Source: Vicinamibacterales bacterium
GTDB lineage: Bacteria > Acidobacteriota > Vicinamibacteria > Vicinamibacterales > UBA8438
Assembly: GCA_965197395.1 (NCBI GenBank)
Contig: CBDANB010000007.1
Coordinates: forward strand, 1,222,986-1,286,985
Length of the DNA: 64,000 bases
Reading direction: 5' to 3'
The notes beneath the pieces were generated by a model. That model searched no databases. It worked only from the letters and a program-made list of their open reading frames with translations, and was not told the origin of the DNA. Below are positions 8,635-18,899 of the stretch, in pieces. Both the position numbers and the translations under genes were made by a program. Position 1 is the first letter of the stretch; every line of letters begins with the position of its first letter.

Positions 8635-9483
8635 ATGTGCGATCATGAGTCGAAAGTGCGCATTCTGTTTGTTGGGGACATCGTGGGTAAACCCGGGCGC
8701 GAGATCGCCCGGCGTGCCATCCCGCCGCTGGTTGATCGTCGCGAGATAGATCTGGTCATTGCCAACGTGGAGAACGCGGCCGGCGGCAACGGCATCACGC
8801 GCGACACGGCCGAGGCGCTGCGTGACGCTGGCATCGGCGTTATGACGACCGGAAACCACGTCTGGGACAAGAAAGAGGCGCTGAGCTATATCGAGCTGGA
8901 GCCGCGGCTGCTCCGGCCTGCGAACTACCCCGCCGGGGTTCCGGGCCGTGGCCGCTATGTGGCGCGCACGGCGGACGGCATCGCGGTCGGCGTCATCAAC
9001 GTGATGGGACGGATATTCATGAACCCCCTCGACAATCCCTTTCACGTGGTCCGTGACGAAATCGAGGCGGTACGCGCCGACGCGGACGTCCGCGTCGTGC
9101 TCGTCGACTTCCACGCCGAGGCGACATCCGAAAAGGTCGCGATGGGGTGGCATCTCGACGGCGACGTGACGGCGGTCGTCGGGACGCATACGCACGTGCA
9201 GACCGCCGACGCGCGGATCCTGCCGGAGGGAACTGCGTATATCACCGACGTCGGCATGACCGGCCCGTGCGATTCCGTCATTGGCGTCGACACCCGGCCG
9301 GCGTTGAAACGTTTTCTCGACGGGATGCCGGCCCGTTTCGACACGGCGACCGGGAACCCACACCTCAATGCGGTCATCGTGACGGCGGACGCAGCGACTG
9401 GCCTGGCGAACGGTATCGAGCGGCTCGACTTGTCGGCGCACGACGTCGAGGCGCTCACGCACCACGTGGTATCGGTTCCGTGA
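8635..9483 (+). CDS. ymdB: YmdB-family metallophosphoesterase (TIGR00282-like, 2',3'-cyclic-nucleotide phosphodiesterase family)
   Basis: 282 aa. (V)RILFVGDIVGKPGR...ANVENAAGGNGIT...TGNHVWD is typical of the family. The family-typical N-terminus suggests the GTG at 8656 as an alternative start. Confidence 0.88.
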   Translation: MCDHESKVRILFVGDIVGKPGREIARRAIPPLVDRREIDLVIANVENAAGGNGITRDTAEALRDAGIGVMTTGNHVWDKKEALSYIELEPRLLRPANYPAGVPGRGRYVARTADGIAVGVINVMGRIFMNPLDNPFHVVRDEIEAVRADADVRVVLVDFHAEATSEKVAMGWHLDGDVTAVVGTHTHVQTADARILPEGTAYITDVGMTGPCDSVIGVDTRPALKRFLDGMPARFDTATGNPHLNAVIVTADAATGLANGIERLDLSAHDVEALTHHVVSVP

Positions 9484-10922
9484 CCGACCGCCTCCCCTTC
9501 GACCAGCCCGATCCCGGACCGACGCCGCGCCCGGGTCCTGATCCTGATCTTGGTCCGGGTCCTGATCCGACGCCCGGGATCCGCCCGCGCATCCCCCGTC
9601 GCGTGTACACCGTGACCGAGCTGACGTCCTCGATACGCCAGCTGCTCGAGTCGAGCTACGCGGAGGTGTGGGTCGAAGGCGAGATCTCCAACTGCCGCAC
9701 ATGGAAGACCGGTCATCTGTATTTCACGCTGAAGGATGGTGGTGCGCAGATCCGCGCCGTCATGTTTCGGTCGGCGCTGCGATATCTCCGCTTCGGCGCA
9801 GAGGATGGTCTGCAGGTGGTCGCCAGGGGTCGTCTCGGGGTCTATGAACCGAAGGGCGAATACCAACTGGTCGCCGAGCATCTCGAGCCGCGAGGGCTCG
9901 GCGCGCTGCAATTGGCCTTCGATCAGCTGCGCCGCAAACTCGCAGAGGAGGGGCTCTTTGACGCCGCACGCAAGCGACCGCTACCGGCGCTGCCACGTAA
10001 GATCGGTGTGGTCACGTCGCTCGACGGCGCGGCGCTGCGCGACATCATTCAGGTGCTCGGCCGCCGGTATCCGAACGCGCATCTGGTGATCAGCGCGACG
10101 CGCGTGCAAGGAGAGGGCGCGGCGCCGGACATCGTCCGGGCGCTCGGACGTCTGCAACGCGTCGAGCGGATCGACGTGGTCATCGTCGGACGGGGAGGCG
10201 GTTCGATGGAAGACCTGTGGGCGTTCAACGATGAGCGGGTGGCGCGCGCCGTCGTCGCATCACCGGTGCCGGTCATCGCGGCCGTCGGCCACGAATCGGA
10301 CTACACGATCACCGATTTCGTCGCTGACCTGCGTGCGCCCACCCCATCGGCAGCGGCGGAGATGGTCGTGACGCGCAAGGAGGACATGGTCGACCGCATC
10401 AATCGCGCCGCCGCCAGGCTCGCGACCGGGGTGCGACGCGACATCGAGCGCCGACGCGTCAGGGTGCAGGCGGTCGCGAGCCGACCCGGCCTCGCGGGTT
10501 GGCCGGCGCGGCTGGTGCTGCGCGGTCGGCACACAGGAGAGCTGACACATCGTCTTGCCGGTGCGGCGAGGGCGGCCGTGAACGGACGTGAGCGTCGCGC
10601 GCACGCACTGGGCCTCCGATTGCAAGCGCTCGATCTCCGGCGGCGACTCGCCGAGATTCGCGCGCGTCTCACGGCCGCGCGGACAGGGCTCGTACGTGGC
10701 GTCGGCGATGTCTGTACGACGCGCACGACAGGCCTGGCGAGACTCGCGGGGCGGCTGGATGCGCTCAACCCGTTGGGCGTGCTCGCGCGCGGCTACGCCG
10801 TTTGCTGGAACGACACCCGGACGTCCATCCTCCGTGACAGCGCGGGTGTCGCCGTCGGCGACACCGTCCGCGTCACGCTGCATCGTGGCGAGCTCGAGTG
10901 CGACGTCAGGAAGACCGAGTGA
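9480..10922 (+). CDS. xseA: exodeoxyribonuclease VII large subunit
   Basis: The GTG at 9480 overlaps the ymdB stop (GTGA). The core begins VYTVTELTSSIRQLLESSYAEVWVEGEISN. The alternative GTG at 9603 would remove a Pro/Asp-rich 41-aa N-terminal extension. Confidence 0.88.
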   Translation: MTDRLPFDQPDPGPTPRPGPDPDLGPGPDPTPGIRPRIPRRVYTVTELTSSIRQLLESSYAEVWVEGEISNCRTWKTGHLYFTLKDGGAQIRAVMFRSALRYLRFGAEDGLQVVARGRLGVYEPKGEYQLVAEHLEPRGLGALQLAFDQLRRKLAEEGLFDAARKRPLPALPRKIGVVTSLDGAALRDIIQVLGRRYPNAHLVISATRVQGEGAAPDIVRALGRLQRVERIDVVIVGRGGGSMEDLWAFNDERVARAVVASPVPVIAAVGHESDYTITDFVADLRAPTPSAAAEMVVTRKEDMVDRINRAAARLATGVRRDIERRRVRVQAVASRPGLAGWPARLVLRGRHTGELTHRLAGAARAAVNGRERRAHALGLRLQALDLRRRLAEIRARLTAARTGLVRGVGDVCTTRTTGLARLAGRLDALNPLGVLARGYAVCWNDTRTSILRDSAGVAVGDTVRVTLHRGELECDVRKTE

Positions 10923-11161
10923 CGGAGCCGACGATCACCGACTTCGAGACGGCTCTTGCAGAGCTGGAGTCACTCGTCAAGACGCTGGAGGACGGACAGC
11001 TGACGCTCGACAAATCGCTCGAGCTCTTCGAGCGCGGCATCGAGCTGTCCCGGTACTGTCACACGCGGCTCGAAGAAGCGGAGCGTCGGATCGAGGTCGT
11101 GACCGAGCGGGGGGAGACCCGCCCCGCACCCTCCTCACTCACCGCGAACGAGGACGAGTGA
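10898..11161 (+). CDS. xseB: exodeoxyribonuclease VII small subunit
   Basis: FETALAELESLVKTLEDGQLTLDKSLELFERGIELSRYC is typical XseB. The start is either the ATG at 10898 or the GTG at 10919, which overlaps the xseA stop. Confidence 0.85.
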   Translation: MRRQEDRVTEPTITDFETALAELESLVKTLEDGQLTLDKSLELFERGIELSRYCHTRLEEAERRIEVVTERGETRPAPSSLTANEDE

Positions 11162-12117
11162 CGGCAACCTTCGATCGTGTGCCGCTCGAGCGATACCTGC
11201 GGTCGCGACGTGCCGATATCGACGCCGCGCTGGAGGGGTTCCTTCCTGCGCAACCGGCCTGCCCGCCGCTCATGGCCGAGGCCATGCGCTACAGCCTGTT
11301 CGCCGGCGGCAAGCGTCTGCGGCCCATCCTGACGCTCGCCGCGGCCGAGGCCATGCCTGCCGCCCAGGGTCGCGACGCGTGCGACCTCGCGATGCCGGCG
11401 GCCTGCGCCATCGAGATGATTCACACCTACTCGCTGATCCACGACGATCTTCCGGCGATGGATGACGACACCATGCGGCGCGGCCGCCCAACGTCGCACG
11501 TCATCTATGGCGACGGTATCGCCGTGCTGGCGGGCGATGCGTTGCTAACCGAGGCGTTCGGCGTGCTTGCGCGATATCCGCGAACCGATGAGCCGGACGT
11601 GGTGTCGAGAAAGGTCCGCGCGCTCGATCGCGTGGCCGAGGCGTCGGGCGTTGTCGGGATGGTGGGCGGCCAGGCGATCGACCTCGAAGCCACCGGTCTC
11701 GTGGGCGCCGAGCGGCTCTCGACCATCGACGGCGCGCTCGACGGCACCGCGCTCAGCGCGATGCATGCGCGTAAGACCGGCGCGCTCATTCGCGCCGCGG
11801 CGGTCGCCGGCGCGCTGATGGCGGGAGCGCCGGCGACCGTGGTGACGGCGGTTGACGACTATGCGACGCACCTCGGTCTCGCGTTCCAGATCGTCGATGA
11901 CATTCTCGATGTCGAGGGCGGCGAGGCGGAGCTCGGCAAGACCGCCGGCAAGGACGCCGTGGCCGGCAAACCGACCTACCCAGCCCACTATGGGGTGGAG
12001 GAGTCGCGCCGCCTGGCCGCGCAGTCGATCGCCGGCGCCAAGGACGCGCTGGCGACCGGCCATCTCGGCGGGCGCCTCCAGGACATTGCAGATTGGGTAC
12101 TGACGCGATCACATTGA
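11158..12117 (+). CDS. ispA: polyprenyl diphosphate synthase (farnesyl/geranylgeranyl diphosphate synthase)
   Basis: The GTG at 11158 overlaps the xseB stop (GTGA). GGKRLRP, the first DDxxD (LIHDDLPAMDDDTMRRGRPT) and the second DDxxD (FQIVDDILD) are present. Confidence 0.88.
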   Translation: MTATFDRVPLERYLRSRRADIDAALEGFLPAQPACPPLMAEAMRYSLFAGGKRLRPILTLAAAEAMPAAQGRDACDLAMPAACAIEMIHTYSLIHDDLPAMDDDTMRRGRPTSHVIYGDGIAVLAGDALLTEAFGVLARYPRTDEPDVVSRKVRALDRVAEASGVVGMVGGQAIDLEATGLVGAERLSTIDGALDGTALSAMHARKTGALIRAAAVAGALMAGAPATVVTAVDDYATHLGLAFQIVDDILDVEGGEAELGKTAGKDAVAGKPTYPAHYGVEESRRLAAQSIAGAKDALATGHLGGRLQDIADWVLTRSH

Positions 12118-12163
12118 CGCGGACGCAGGCCGCCGTGGAGCCCTGAGCCTTGAGCCCTAGCCG

Positions 12164-12916
<753 letters not shown>

Positions 12917-12960
12917 CTGCTCGCAACCTGTGCCAACGAGTTGAGTGTTGCGGGAGACAG

Positions 12961-13049
12961 CAGGCGCGCACAGCGCGCCTCGCGACCGCGGAGCGGGGCA
13001 CTCGGGGTCCCCGCGCAGCGGTCGCGGGGGCTTGGGGAGAAGCCCCATC
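12961..13049 (-). repeat. REP-like extragenic palindromic element, copy B (inverted relative to copy A)
   Basis: Its reverse complement aligns with 5198-5286 over about 90 bp. The middle stem here is GCGGGG/CCCCGC, against GTGGGG/CCCCAC in copy A. It ends 7 nt before the nadK ATG. Confidence 0.8.
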
Positions 13050-13055
13050 CAGAAG

Positions 13056-13967
13056 ATGACGGCACCAACGGCGCCCGAGCGCATCGGGCCAATCACGACG
13101 GTTGGCCTCGTCGCGAAGACCCACTCTCCAAACGCCACGCAGGTTGTCCGCGATGCGGTCGCCTGGCTCGACGCGCGCGGCATTGAGAGCGTCGTCGAGG
13201 CCGACACGGCGCAGCAGGCGGGTCTCGCCGACCGATATCCGCGCTGCGCGAAAGACGATCTACCGACGGCCGCGGATCTCGCGCTCGTGATCGGCGGCGA
13301 CGGCACGCTGCTCGACGTCGCCCACCGGATTGCCGGCACCGCACCTGACACGCCGATTCTCGCGGTCAACTGCGGGAGCCTCGGCTTTCTGACCGAGATC
13401 ACGCTCCCCGAGCTTCACGCCGCGCTCGCTTCGGTGATCGCGGGCGACGCCCGTGTCGACCAACGCCGGATGCTTCGCTCCGAGGTCCTGCGCGACGGGC
13501 ACCCGACCGCCGAGCGTCTCGTCCTGAACGACGTCGTCATCGGGAAATCGGCACGGTCCAACATCATCGAGATGTCGATTTCGGTCGGCGACCAATTCGT
13601 CACGACCAGTCGCGCGGACGGCATCATCGTGGCGACGCCCACCGGATCGACGGCGTACAACCTGGCGGCCGGCGGCCCGATCGTCCACCCGGCCGTCGAT
13701 GCGCTCGTCATCACGCCGATCGCCCCGCACACGCTCACCAACCGACCGATCGTCATCGCCACTGCGGCGCCCGTGACCATTCAGCCGGACCTCGCGGGGT
13801 CGCACCGCGAGGCGGTCGCGAGCTTCGACGGCCAGTTCACCGTCGAGCTCACCGACGGCGACGTGGTCGTCGTCGCCGCGGCGCCGCGCGCGCTGCGCGT
13901 CGTGCGGGCTGAATCGCGCAACTACTTCGCCGTGCTTCGCGAGAAGCTGAAATGGGGCGAGCGATGA
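13056..13967 (+). CDS. nadK: NAD(+) kinase
   Basis: Internal ATG at 13056 of track ORF 12945..13967. GGDGTLL, NCGSLGFLTE and ATPTGSTAYNLAAGGPIV motifs are present. Confidence 0.9.
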   Translation: MTAPTAPERIGPITTVGLVAKTHSPNATQVVRDAVAWLDARGIESVVEADTAQQAGLADRYPRCAKDDLPTAADLALVIGGDGTLLDVAHRIAGTAPDTPILAVNCGSLGFLTEITLPELHAALASVIAGDARVDQRRMLRSEVLRDGHPTAERLVLNDVVIGKSARSNIIEMSISVGDQFVTTSRADGIIVATPTGSTAYNLAAGGPIVHPAVDALVITPIAPHTLTNRPIVIATAAPVTIQPDLAGSHREAVASFDGQFTVELTDGDVVVVAAAPRALRVVRAESRNYFAVLREKLKWGER

Positions 13968-14016
13968 GCGGCCTCGTCGGGCGATGACCCCGTCGTGGAT
14001 GGAAAGCTGACGAGCG

Positions 14017-14982
14017 ATGCCGCGTCAGATCAGCCTCGACACCATTCGCGACGCGACGCGCCACATCTACACCGTGGCGCGGCGCACGCCGCTCGTGCGC
14101 CTGGATGCCACGGCAGTACCCACCGCCGGCGCTACCGATATCCATCTGAAACTCGAAACGCTCCAGCCGATCGGCTCGTTCAAGATCCGAGGGGCGTCCA
14201 ACGCCGTCCGGCAACTCACCCAGGCCGAGCGGTCGCGGGGCGTCTGGACCGTGAGCGCGGGCAACGCCGCGCAGGGCGTGGCGCTCGCCGCGCGGGCCGC
14301 AGACCTCGCGTGCTCGGTGCTGGTCATCGACGCGGCGCCGCAGACCAAGCGCGATGCGATCGCGCGTCTGGGCGCCACGATGGTCACCGCGAGTTACGAC
14401 GAGTGCTGGGATGTCGTCGAACGGCGTGTCGCCGACCGCCTGCCGGGGTGTTTCGTGCATCCGTTTGACGATGACGCGTTCATCAGCGGCAACGGGACCA
14501 TCGGACTGGAGCTCGTCGAGGACCTCCCCGATGTGGACGCCGTAGTGACATCGGTTGGCGGCGGTGGCCTGCTGGCCGGCGTGGCCACCGCCGTGCGGGC
14601 GCTCAAGCCGGACACGAAGATCTTCGCGGCCGAGCCGGAGACCGCCGCGCCGCTCGCGTGCTCGCTCGCGGCCGGCACCGCACGAACGTTCGATGGGTGG
14701 CGTGCGTCGTTCGTCGACGGCTGCGGCGGGAAGTCGGTGACCCCGACGATGTGGCCGCTGCTCCGCGACCTCGTCGATGGCGCCATCGTGGTCTCGCTCG
14801 AAGAGGTGAGACGGGCAATGCGACTCATCGCTACCCGCGCGCACGTCATCACGGAGGGCGCCGGCGCGTGCGCGGTCGCCGCCGCACTGAGCGGGCGCGC
14901 GGGCGGCGGACGGATTGCAGCCGTCGTCTCCGGCGGCAACATCGATCTGCCAACGTTTGCTCGACTCGTCACCGAGGCCTAG
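14017..14982 (+). CDS. PLP-dependent threonine/serine dehydratase family enzyme
   Basis: 321 aa. It has the PLP-lysine motif LQPIGSFKIRGA and the glycine-rich loop VGGGGLLAG. Confidence 0.8.
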   Translation: MPRQISLDTIRDATRHIYTVARRTPLVRLDATAVPTAGATDIHLKLETLQPIGSFKIRGASNAVRQLTQAERSRGVWTVSAGNAAQGVALAARAADLACSVLVIDAAPQTKRDAIARLGATMVTASYDECWDVVERRVADRLPGCFVHPFDDDAFISGNGTIGLELVEDLPDVDAVVTSVGGGGLLAGVATAVRALKPDTKIFAAEPETAAPLACSLAAGTARTFDGWRASFVDGCGGKSVTPTMWPLLRDLVDGAIVVSLEEVRRAMRLIATRAHVITEGAGACAVAAALSGRAGGGRIAAVVSGGNIDLPTFARLVTEA

Positions 14983-14984
14983 CG

Positions 14985-17162
14985 ATGGCCAACCTGCCGC
15001 AGCGTATCGGCCGTCTGCACGAGCTAGCCAACGACTTGTGGTGGACCTGGAATCGCCACGCGCGTGAGGTCTTCCGCCGCCTCGACTACCCTCTCTGGCG
15101 CTCGACCGCGCACAACCCGGTGCACATGCTGCGACTCCTCCCGGCAGACCAACTCGCGCGAGTCGCGCAGGACGCGCCGTTCCTCGAGCTCTATGACAGC
15201 GCCCTCGCCGACCTCGAACAGACGCGGACAGCCGAAGGCACGTGGTGGCGCCGCGAGGTCGGCGCACTGCCGGGCCGTTCGATCGCCTACTTCTCCGCCG
15301 AGTTCGCGCTCCACCAGTCGCTGCCGATCTACGCCGGCGGCCTGGGGGTGCTGGCCGGCGACATCTGCAAAGAGGCCAGCGACCTTGGTCTCCCGTTGAT
15401 CGGCGTCGGGTTCATGTATCCCCAGGGCTATTTCCACCAGCACCTCTCGGCAGAGGGGTGGCAACAGGAGGAGTACGAGCAGATCGACTGGGCCAACGCG
15501 CCGATCGAACGCGCGACCACACGCGACGGTCGTCCGTGCGTGCTCCCCGTGCCGCTTGGCAACCGCACGGTTGCCGTCGCGGTCTGGCGGGTCCGTCTCG
15601 GTCGGACCAAGCTTTACCTGCTCGACACGGGCCTCGAAGAAAACGCGCCGTGGGACCGCGAGCTCTCGGCTCGGCTCTACGCCGGCGACGCCGAAGCTCG
15701 CGTTCAGCAAGAGATCATTCTCGGCATCGGCGGGGTGCTCGCGCTCCGGGCTCTCGGGTCCGACCCGGCCGTGTGGCACCTGAACGAGGGGCATGCGGCG
15801 TTTGTTGCCCTGCAGCGAATTCGCGAGCTGACCGATCGGGGACGCAGCTTCGACGAAGCCGTGGCCGAGGTGCGGCGCACCACCGTGTTCACGACCCACA
15901 CCCCGGTGCCCGCTGGCCACGATGCGTTTCCGTTTCAACTCGTCGAGCGCCACCTCGCCGGCTGCTGGGGCACCCTGGGCGCGCACCGCGAAGCGTTCCT
16001 CGCGCTCGGCCACTACGACAGTGGGACTGGCTCGCTCTTTAATATGACCGCGCTCGCGCTCCGGACCGCCGACCACGCCAACGCGGTGAGCCGCGTACAC
16101 CGCGAGGTAACGCGCGACATGTGGGGCCCCATCTGGCCCCAGGTCCCCGCCGCCGAACGGCCAGTGCGGTCGCTGACCAACGGCGTGCACATCGGGACCT
16201 GGGTCGCGCCCACCGTCGCGCTCTTGTTCGATCGCTATCTCGGCGCCGACTGGCACGACCGACAAGAGGACGCGGCGGTGTGGGACCGGGTCCACGAGAT
16301 TCCGGATGCGGAGCTCTGGACGGCGCGACGCGCGCTGCGAAGCTATCTGTTCGCGTTCCTTCGGGAACGGGCGCGGCGACGATGGACCGACGAACGCGTC
16401 AGCACCGGTCGAGTGGTCGCGGCCGGGACGCTGCTCGACCCCGCCGCGCTCACGATCGGCTTCGCGCGCCGCTTTACCGGCTACAAGCGGCCCGAGCTGC
16501 TCTTTCGCGATCCCGACAGGCTGGCCGGCATCCTCAACGCCGCCAAGCGTCCCGTCCAAATCGTCTTCGCCGGCAAGTCGCATCCCGCTGATGAGGCGGG
16601 GAAGCACCTGCTCCAGCGGGTCTATCGGGGAGCCATCGATGCGGCGTTCGGCGGACGGATTGCGTTCGTCGACGACTACGACCTGCACGTCGCGCACTTC
16701 ATCGTGCAGGGGTGCGACGTGTGGCTGAACAACCCGCGGAAACCGCTCGAGGCGAGCGGCACGAGCGGGATGAAGGCATCACTCAACGGTGTGCCGCACC
16801 TCAGCATTGGGGATGGCTGGTGGGCAGAGGGCTACACCGGCGCGAACGGGTGGACGATCGAGGCTGCCATGCCGATCGGCTCCAGCGAGGCGGCCGCTGA
16901 CGCCGCAGACGCCGAGGCGTTGTATCGATTGCTGGAGGACGCGGTCGTCCCCGCGTTCTACGATCGTGACGACCGCGGGATCCCCACACGGTGGCTGGCC
17001 ATCGTCCGCGAAGCGATTCGCACCGTTGCACCGAGCTTCAGCGCACGGCGAATGGTGAAGCAGTACGTGAACGAGATGTACAGGCCTGCCCTCGCGGATG
17101 CGCTCCGCTCGTCCGCGACCGGTGCGTCGTCCGCCAGCCCGGCGAGACTCACGCCCCGCTGA
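14985..17162 (+). CDS. glgP: alpha-glucan phosphorylase (GT35, maltodextrin/glycogen phosphorylase family)
   Basis: Internal ATG at 14985 of track ORF 14658..17162. LANDLWWTWN, YFSAEFALH, AGGLGVLAGD and EASGTSGMKA (PLP lysine region) are present. Confidence 0.9.
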   Translation: MANLPQRIGRLHELANDLWWTWNRHAREVFRRLDYPLWRSTAHNPVHMLRLLPADQLARVAQDAPFLELYDSALADLEQTRTAEGTWWRREVGALPGRSIAYFSAEFALHQSLPIYAGGLGVLAGDICKEASDLGLPLIGVGFMYPQGYFHQHLSAEGWQQEEYEQIDWANAPIERATTRDGRPCVLPVPLGNRTVAVAVWRVRLGRTKLYLLDTGLEENAPWDRELSARLYAGDAEARVQQEIILGIGGVLALRALGSDPAVWHLNEGHAAFVALQRIRELTDRGRSFDEAVAEVRRTTVFTTHTPVPAGHDAFPFQLVERHLAGCWGTLGAHREAFLALGHYDSGTGSLFNMTALALRTADHANAVSRVHREVTRDMWGPIWPQVPAAERPVRSLTNGVHIGTWVAPTVALLFDRYLGADWHDRQEDAAVWDRVHEIPDAELWTARRALRSYLFAFLRERARRRWTDERVSTGRVVAAGTLLDPAALTIGFARRFTGYKRPELLFRDPDRLAGILNAAKRPVQIVFAGKSHPADEAGKHLLQRVYRGAIDAAFGGRIAFVDDYDLHVAHFIVQGCDVWLNNPRKPLEASGTSGMKASLNGVPHLSIGDGWWAEGYTGANGWTIEAAMPIGSSEAAADAADAEALYRLLEDAVVPAFYDRDDRGIPTRWLAIVREAIRTVAPSFSARRMVKQYVNEMYRPALADALRSSATGASSASPARLTPR

Positions 17163-17541
17163 TCGGCGGGTGATAGATGATCTGGATCGTGTTGCCGTCA
17201 GGATCGCGGACATAACACGAGCGGGCGCCGTCTCGATGTGTTCGGGGCGTCGCGACGAGGCTGACACCCTGATCATCGAGATACGTCGCCCACGCGTCGA
17301 CCTCGTGTGCCGTCCGGACGACCAGTCCCAGATGGTCGAGTGCCGTGTGCGCAGGGCTGCCGGCGGTGGATCGGTGGAGCGCGAGGTTGTCGCTGCCAGA
17401 CGTCAGGTAGACGTTGTCCACGTCGGGCTCCCATTCGACGCGGAATCCGAGCAGGTCGACGTAGAACCGCTTCATGTCGTCGAACGCCACGGCGTGCAGC
17501 GCGAGATGCCGAATCCCCAGGTGGGACGGTCGCTGATCCAT
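17149..17541 (-). CDS. VOC/glyoxalase-family protein
   Basis: Probable start at MDQRPSHLGIRHLALHA. RDPDGNTIQI is typical of glyoxalase/bleomycin-resistance folds. Its 3' end overlaps the glgP end by 14 nt (convergent). Confidence 0.78.
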   Translation of the reverse strand: MDQRPSHLGIRHLALHAVAFDDMKRFYVDLLGFRVEWEPDVDNVYLTSGSDNLALHRSTAGSPAHTALDHLGLVVRTAHEVDAWATYLDDQGVSLVATPRTHRDGARSCYVRDPDGNTIQIIYHPPISGA

Positions 17542-17662
17542 GGTGGCATCGTACCGACAGTTCCGCGCAGCGTGCAAAACAACACGTGCGGCGCGCCCGC
17601 TCTTGATTCGGTGATACAGGCCACTACGCCCAGAATCCGCTTCTGGGGTTAAGATTCACCGC

Positions 17663-18121
17663 ATGTCTCCGCGGTCCGCGGCCCAGGCTCGTTGCGCGTT
17701 GTGCGGTGCCAAGGAGGTGTCCGAGCCGCGCGGTGAAGAGAAGTATTGCCACGACTGCTGGGACAAGAAGATTGCGGTCGAGGATGTCGTCGCACGCGAG
17801 TTCGCGCTGAAACGCTACATCCGCGCCCATAGCGCGGAGAAGTACCTGGTGTATCACTCGACCCAGAAGCGGCCGTGCGGCCAGCTCATCGTCGTGGACG
17901 ACGGTTACGACCTCTTCCTCAGCCTCATCCTCTACCCAAGCTTCGCCTGGGACGAGCCGGCGTATCATCTGGAGGGCGACCCGGAGGGGCGTGCATTCGC
18001 CGAGCTCCTCGTCGACGTCGTCGCCGCCGAGGTCATCGAGCCGTGGGGCGGCGGGAAGTGGCACCTGGAAATCTTTCGGTCCGCCAGCCCCGAGCCGGAG
18101 GACTGGAACGGAGAAATGTGA
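17663..18121 (+). CDS. hypothetical protein with N-terminal CxxC...CxxC motif
   Basis: 152 aa with high GC3 across the ORF. CALCG...CHDCW is present. I recognise no family. Confidence 0.6.
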   Translation: MSPRSAAQARCALCGAKEVSEPRGEEKYCHDCWDKKIAVEDVVAREFALKRYIRAHSAEKYLVYHSTQKRPCGQLIVVDDGYDLFLSLILYPSFAWDEPAYHLEGDPEGRAFAELLVDVVAAEVIEPWGGGKWHLEIFRSASPEPEDWNGEM

Positions 18122-18205
18122 GCGTCTCGGCGGCCGGTTGAGGTTTCCGGCGCCGGGACCAACCGGTTATAATCTCGCTTCACCCGTGGTGAGCCTGGAG
18201 GAGAT

Positions 18206-18778
18206 GTGATGAATCGCCTGAGCCGTGCGCTGGTGTTCGGTGTCATGGTCACGATCGCCGCGACGGCCGCCTGCGGCGGCGCGCCGGCCGAGGAGGCCGC
18301 AGCCCCAGAGACCGGCATCCCACCGCCCGATCCGGCAGCGGCCGCGGCCGCGCGCCGTCTGGCCTCCCGACTCGGCTCGGGCGTCAAGCTCGTGCCAACG
18401 CAGCGCGGCCTCGCCGAGATCGCGTATACGCAGCCGATCGCCCGGCGCGAGAGTGGCTTCATCATCACGTCGATGCGGATCAAGAACCTCGCCGAGAACG
18501 CGATCGCGGGCTTCGCAGTCGACGAGTTCTGGTTCGACGCCGACGGCAACACCGTGACCGGCGACCAGGTGCGATTCCGCGAGCCGATCATGTCTGGCCA
18601 GATCCTGGACATCGAGCTCCGCGTGCCGCGCGTGGCAGCCATGGACCGCAGCAACTACGAATTCTCGCATCAGAACGGCGACATCAAGGCCACGCTGTTC
18701 GACGAGATCGAGGATCCGCCCGAGCCAGAGGAAGAGGAAGGCGAGGAATCGGACGACGAGTCCGAGGACGCTCGCTGA
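18206..18778 (+). CDS. putative lipoprotein with acidic C-terminal tail
   Basis: Signal peptide plus lipobox-like IAATAAC. A GGAGGAG RBS precedes the start. The C-terminus is EDPPEPEEEEGEESDDESEDAR. Confidence 0.6.
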   Translation: MMNRLSRALVFGVMVTIAATAACGGAPAEEAAAPETGIPPPDPAAAAAARRLASRLGSGVKLVPTQRGLAEIAYTQPIARRESGFIITSMRIKNLAENAIAGFAVDEFWFDADGNTVTGDQVRFREPIMSGQILDIELRVPRVAAMDRSNYEFSHQNGDIKATLFDEIEDPPEPEEEEGEESDDESEDAR

Positions 18779-18899
18779 CAGCGGCGCACACGTGGCTCGT
18801 GACGGGGCCTGCGGGTGCACCGGCTCGTCGTCTAACGTTGCAGGTTTCTTCACGGCCGCCAGACCTGCCGTGGGGCGGCGGCGTCCTGCCTGGTGATCC

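Noticed and set aside
9480-11161. A chain of 4-nt GTGA/ATGA start-stop overlaps: ymdB/xseA, xseA/xseB, xseB/ispA. The same pattern occurs at 5786-5790, 7928-7931, 24471-24474, 51972-51975 and 56847-56850.
   Set aside because: This is ordinary translational coupling in compact high-GC operons. I used it to choose start codons, but it is not unusual in itself.
15024-16697. Long antisense or out-of-frame ORFs opposite real genes. Examples: 15024..16697(-), 27653..29116(-), 30118..32088(-), 19224..20795(-), 21077..22630(-), 13849..15267(-), 38924..40396(+), 50226..51938(+), 8626..9702(-).
   Set aside because: Their translations are Arg/Gly/Pro/Ala-rich with no recognisable motifs. Each overlaps a gene with clear family signatures and the expected GC3 bias on the other strand or frame. 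Such ORFs are a typical artefact of high-GC DNA.
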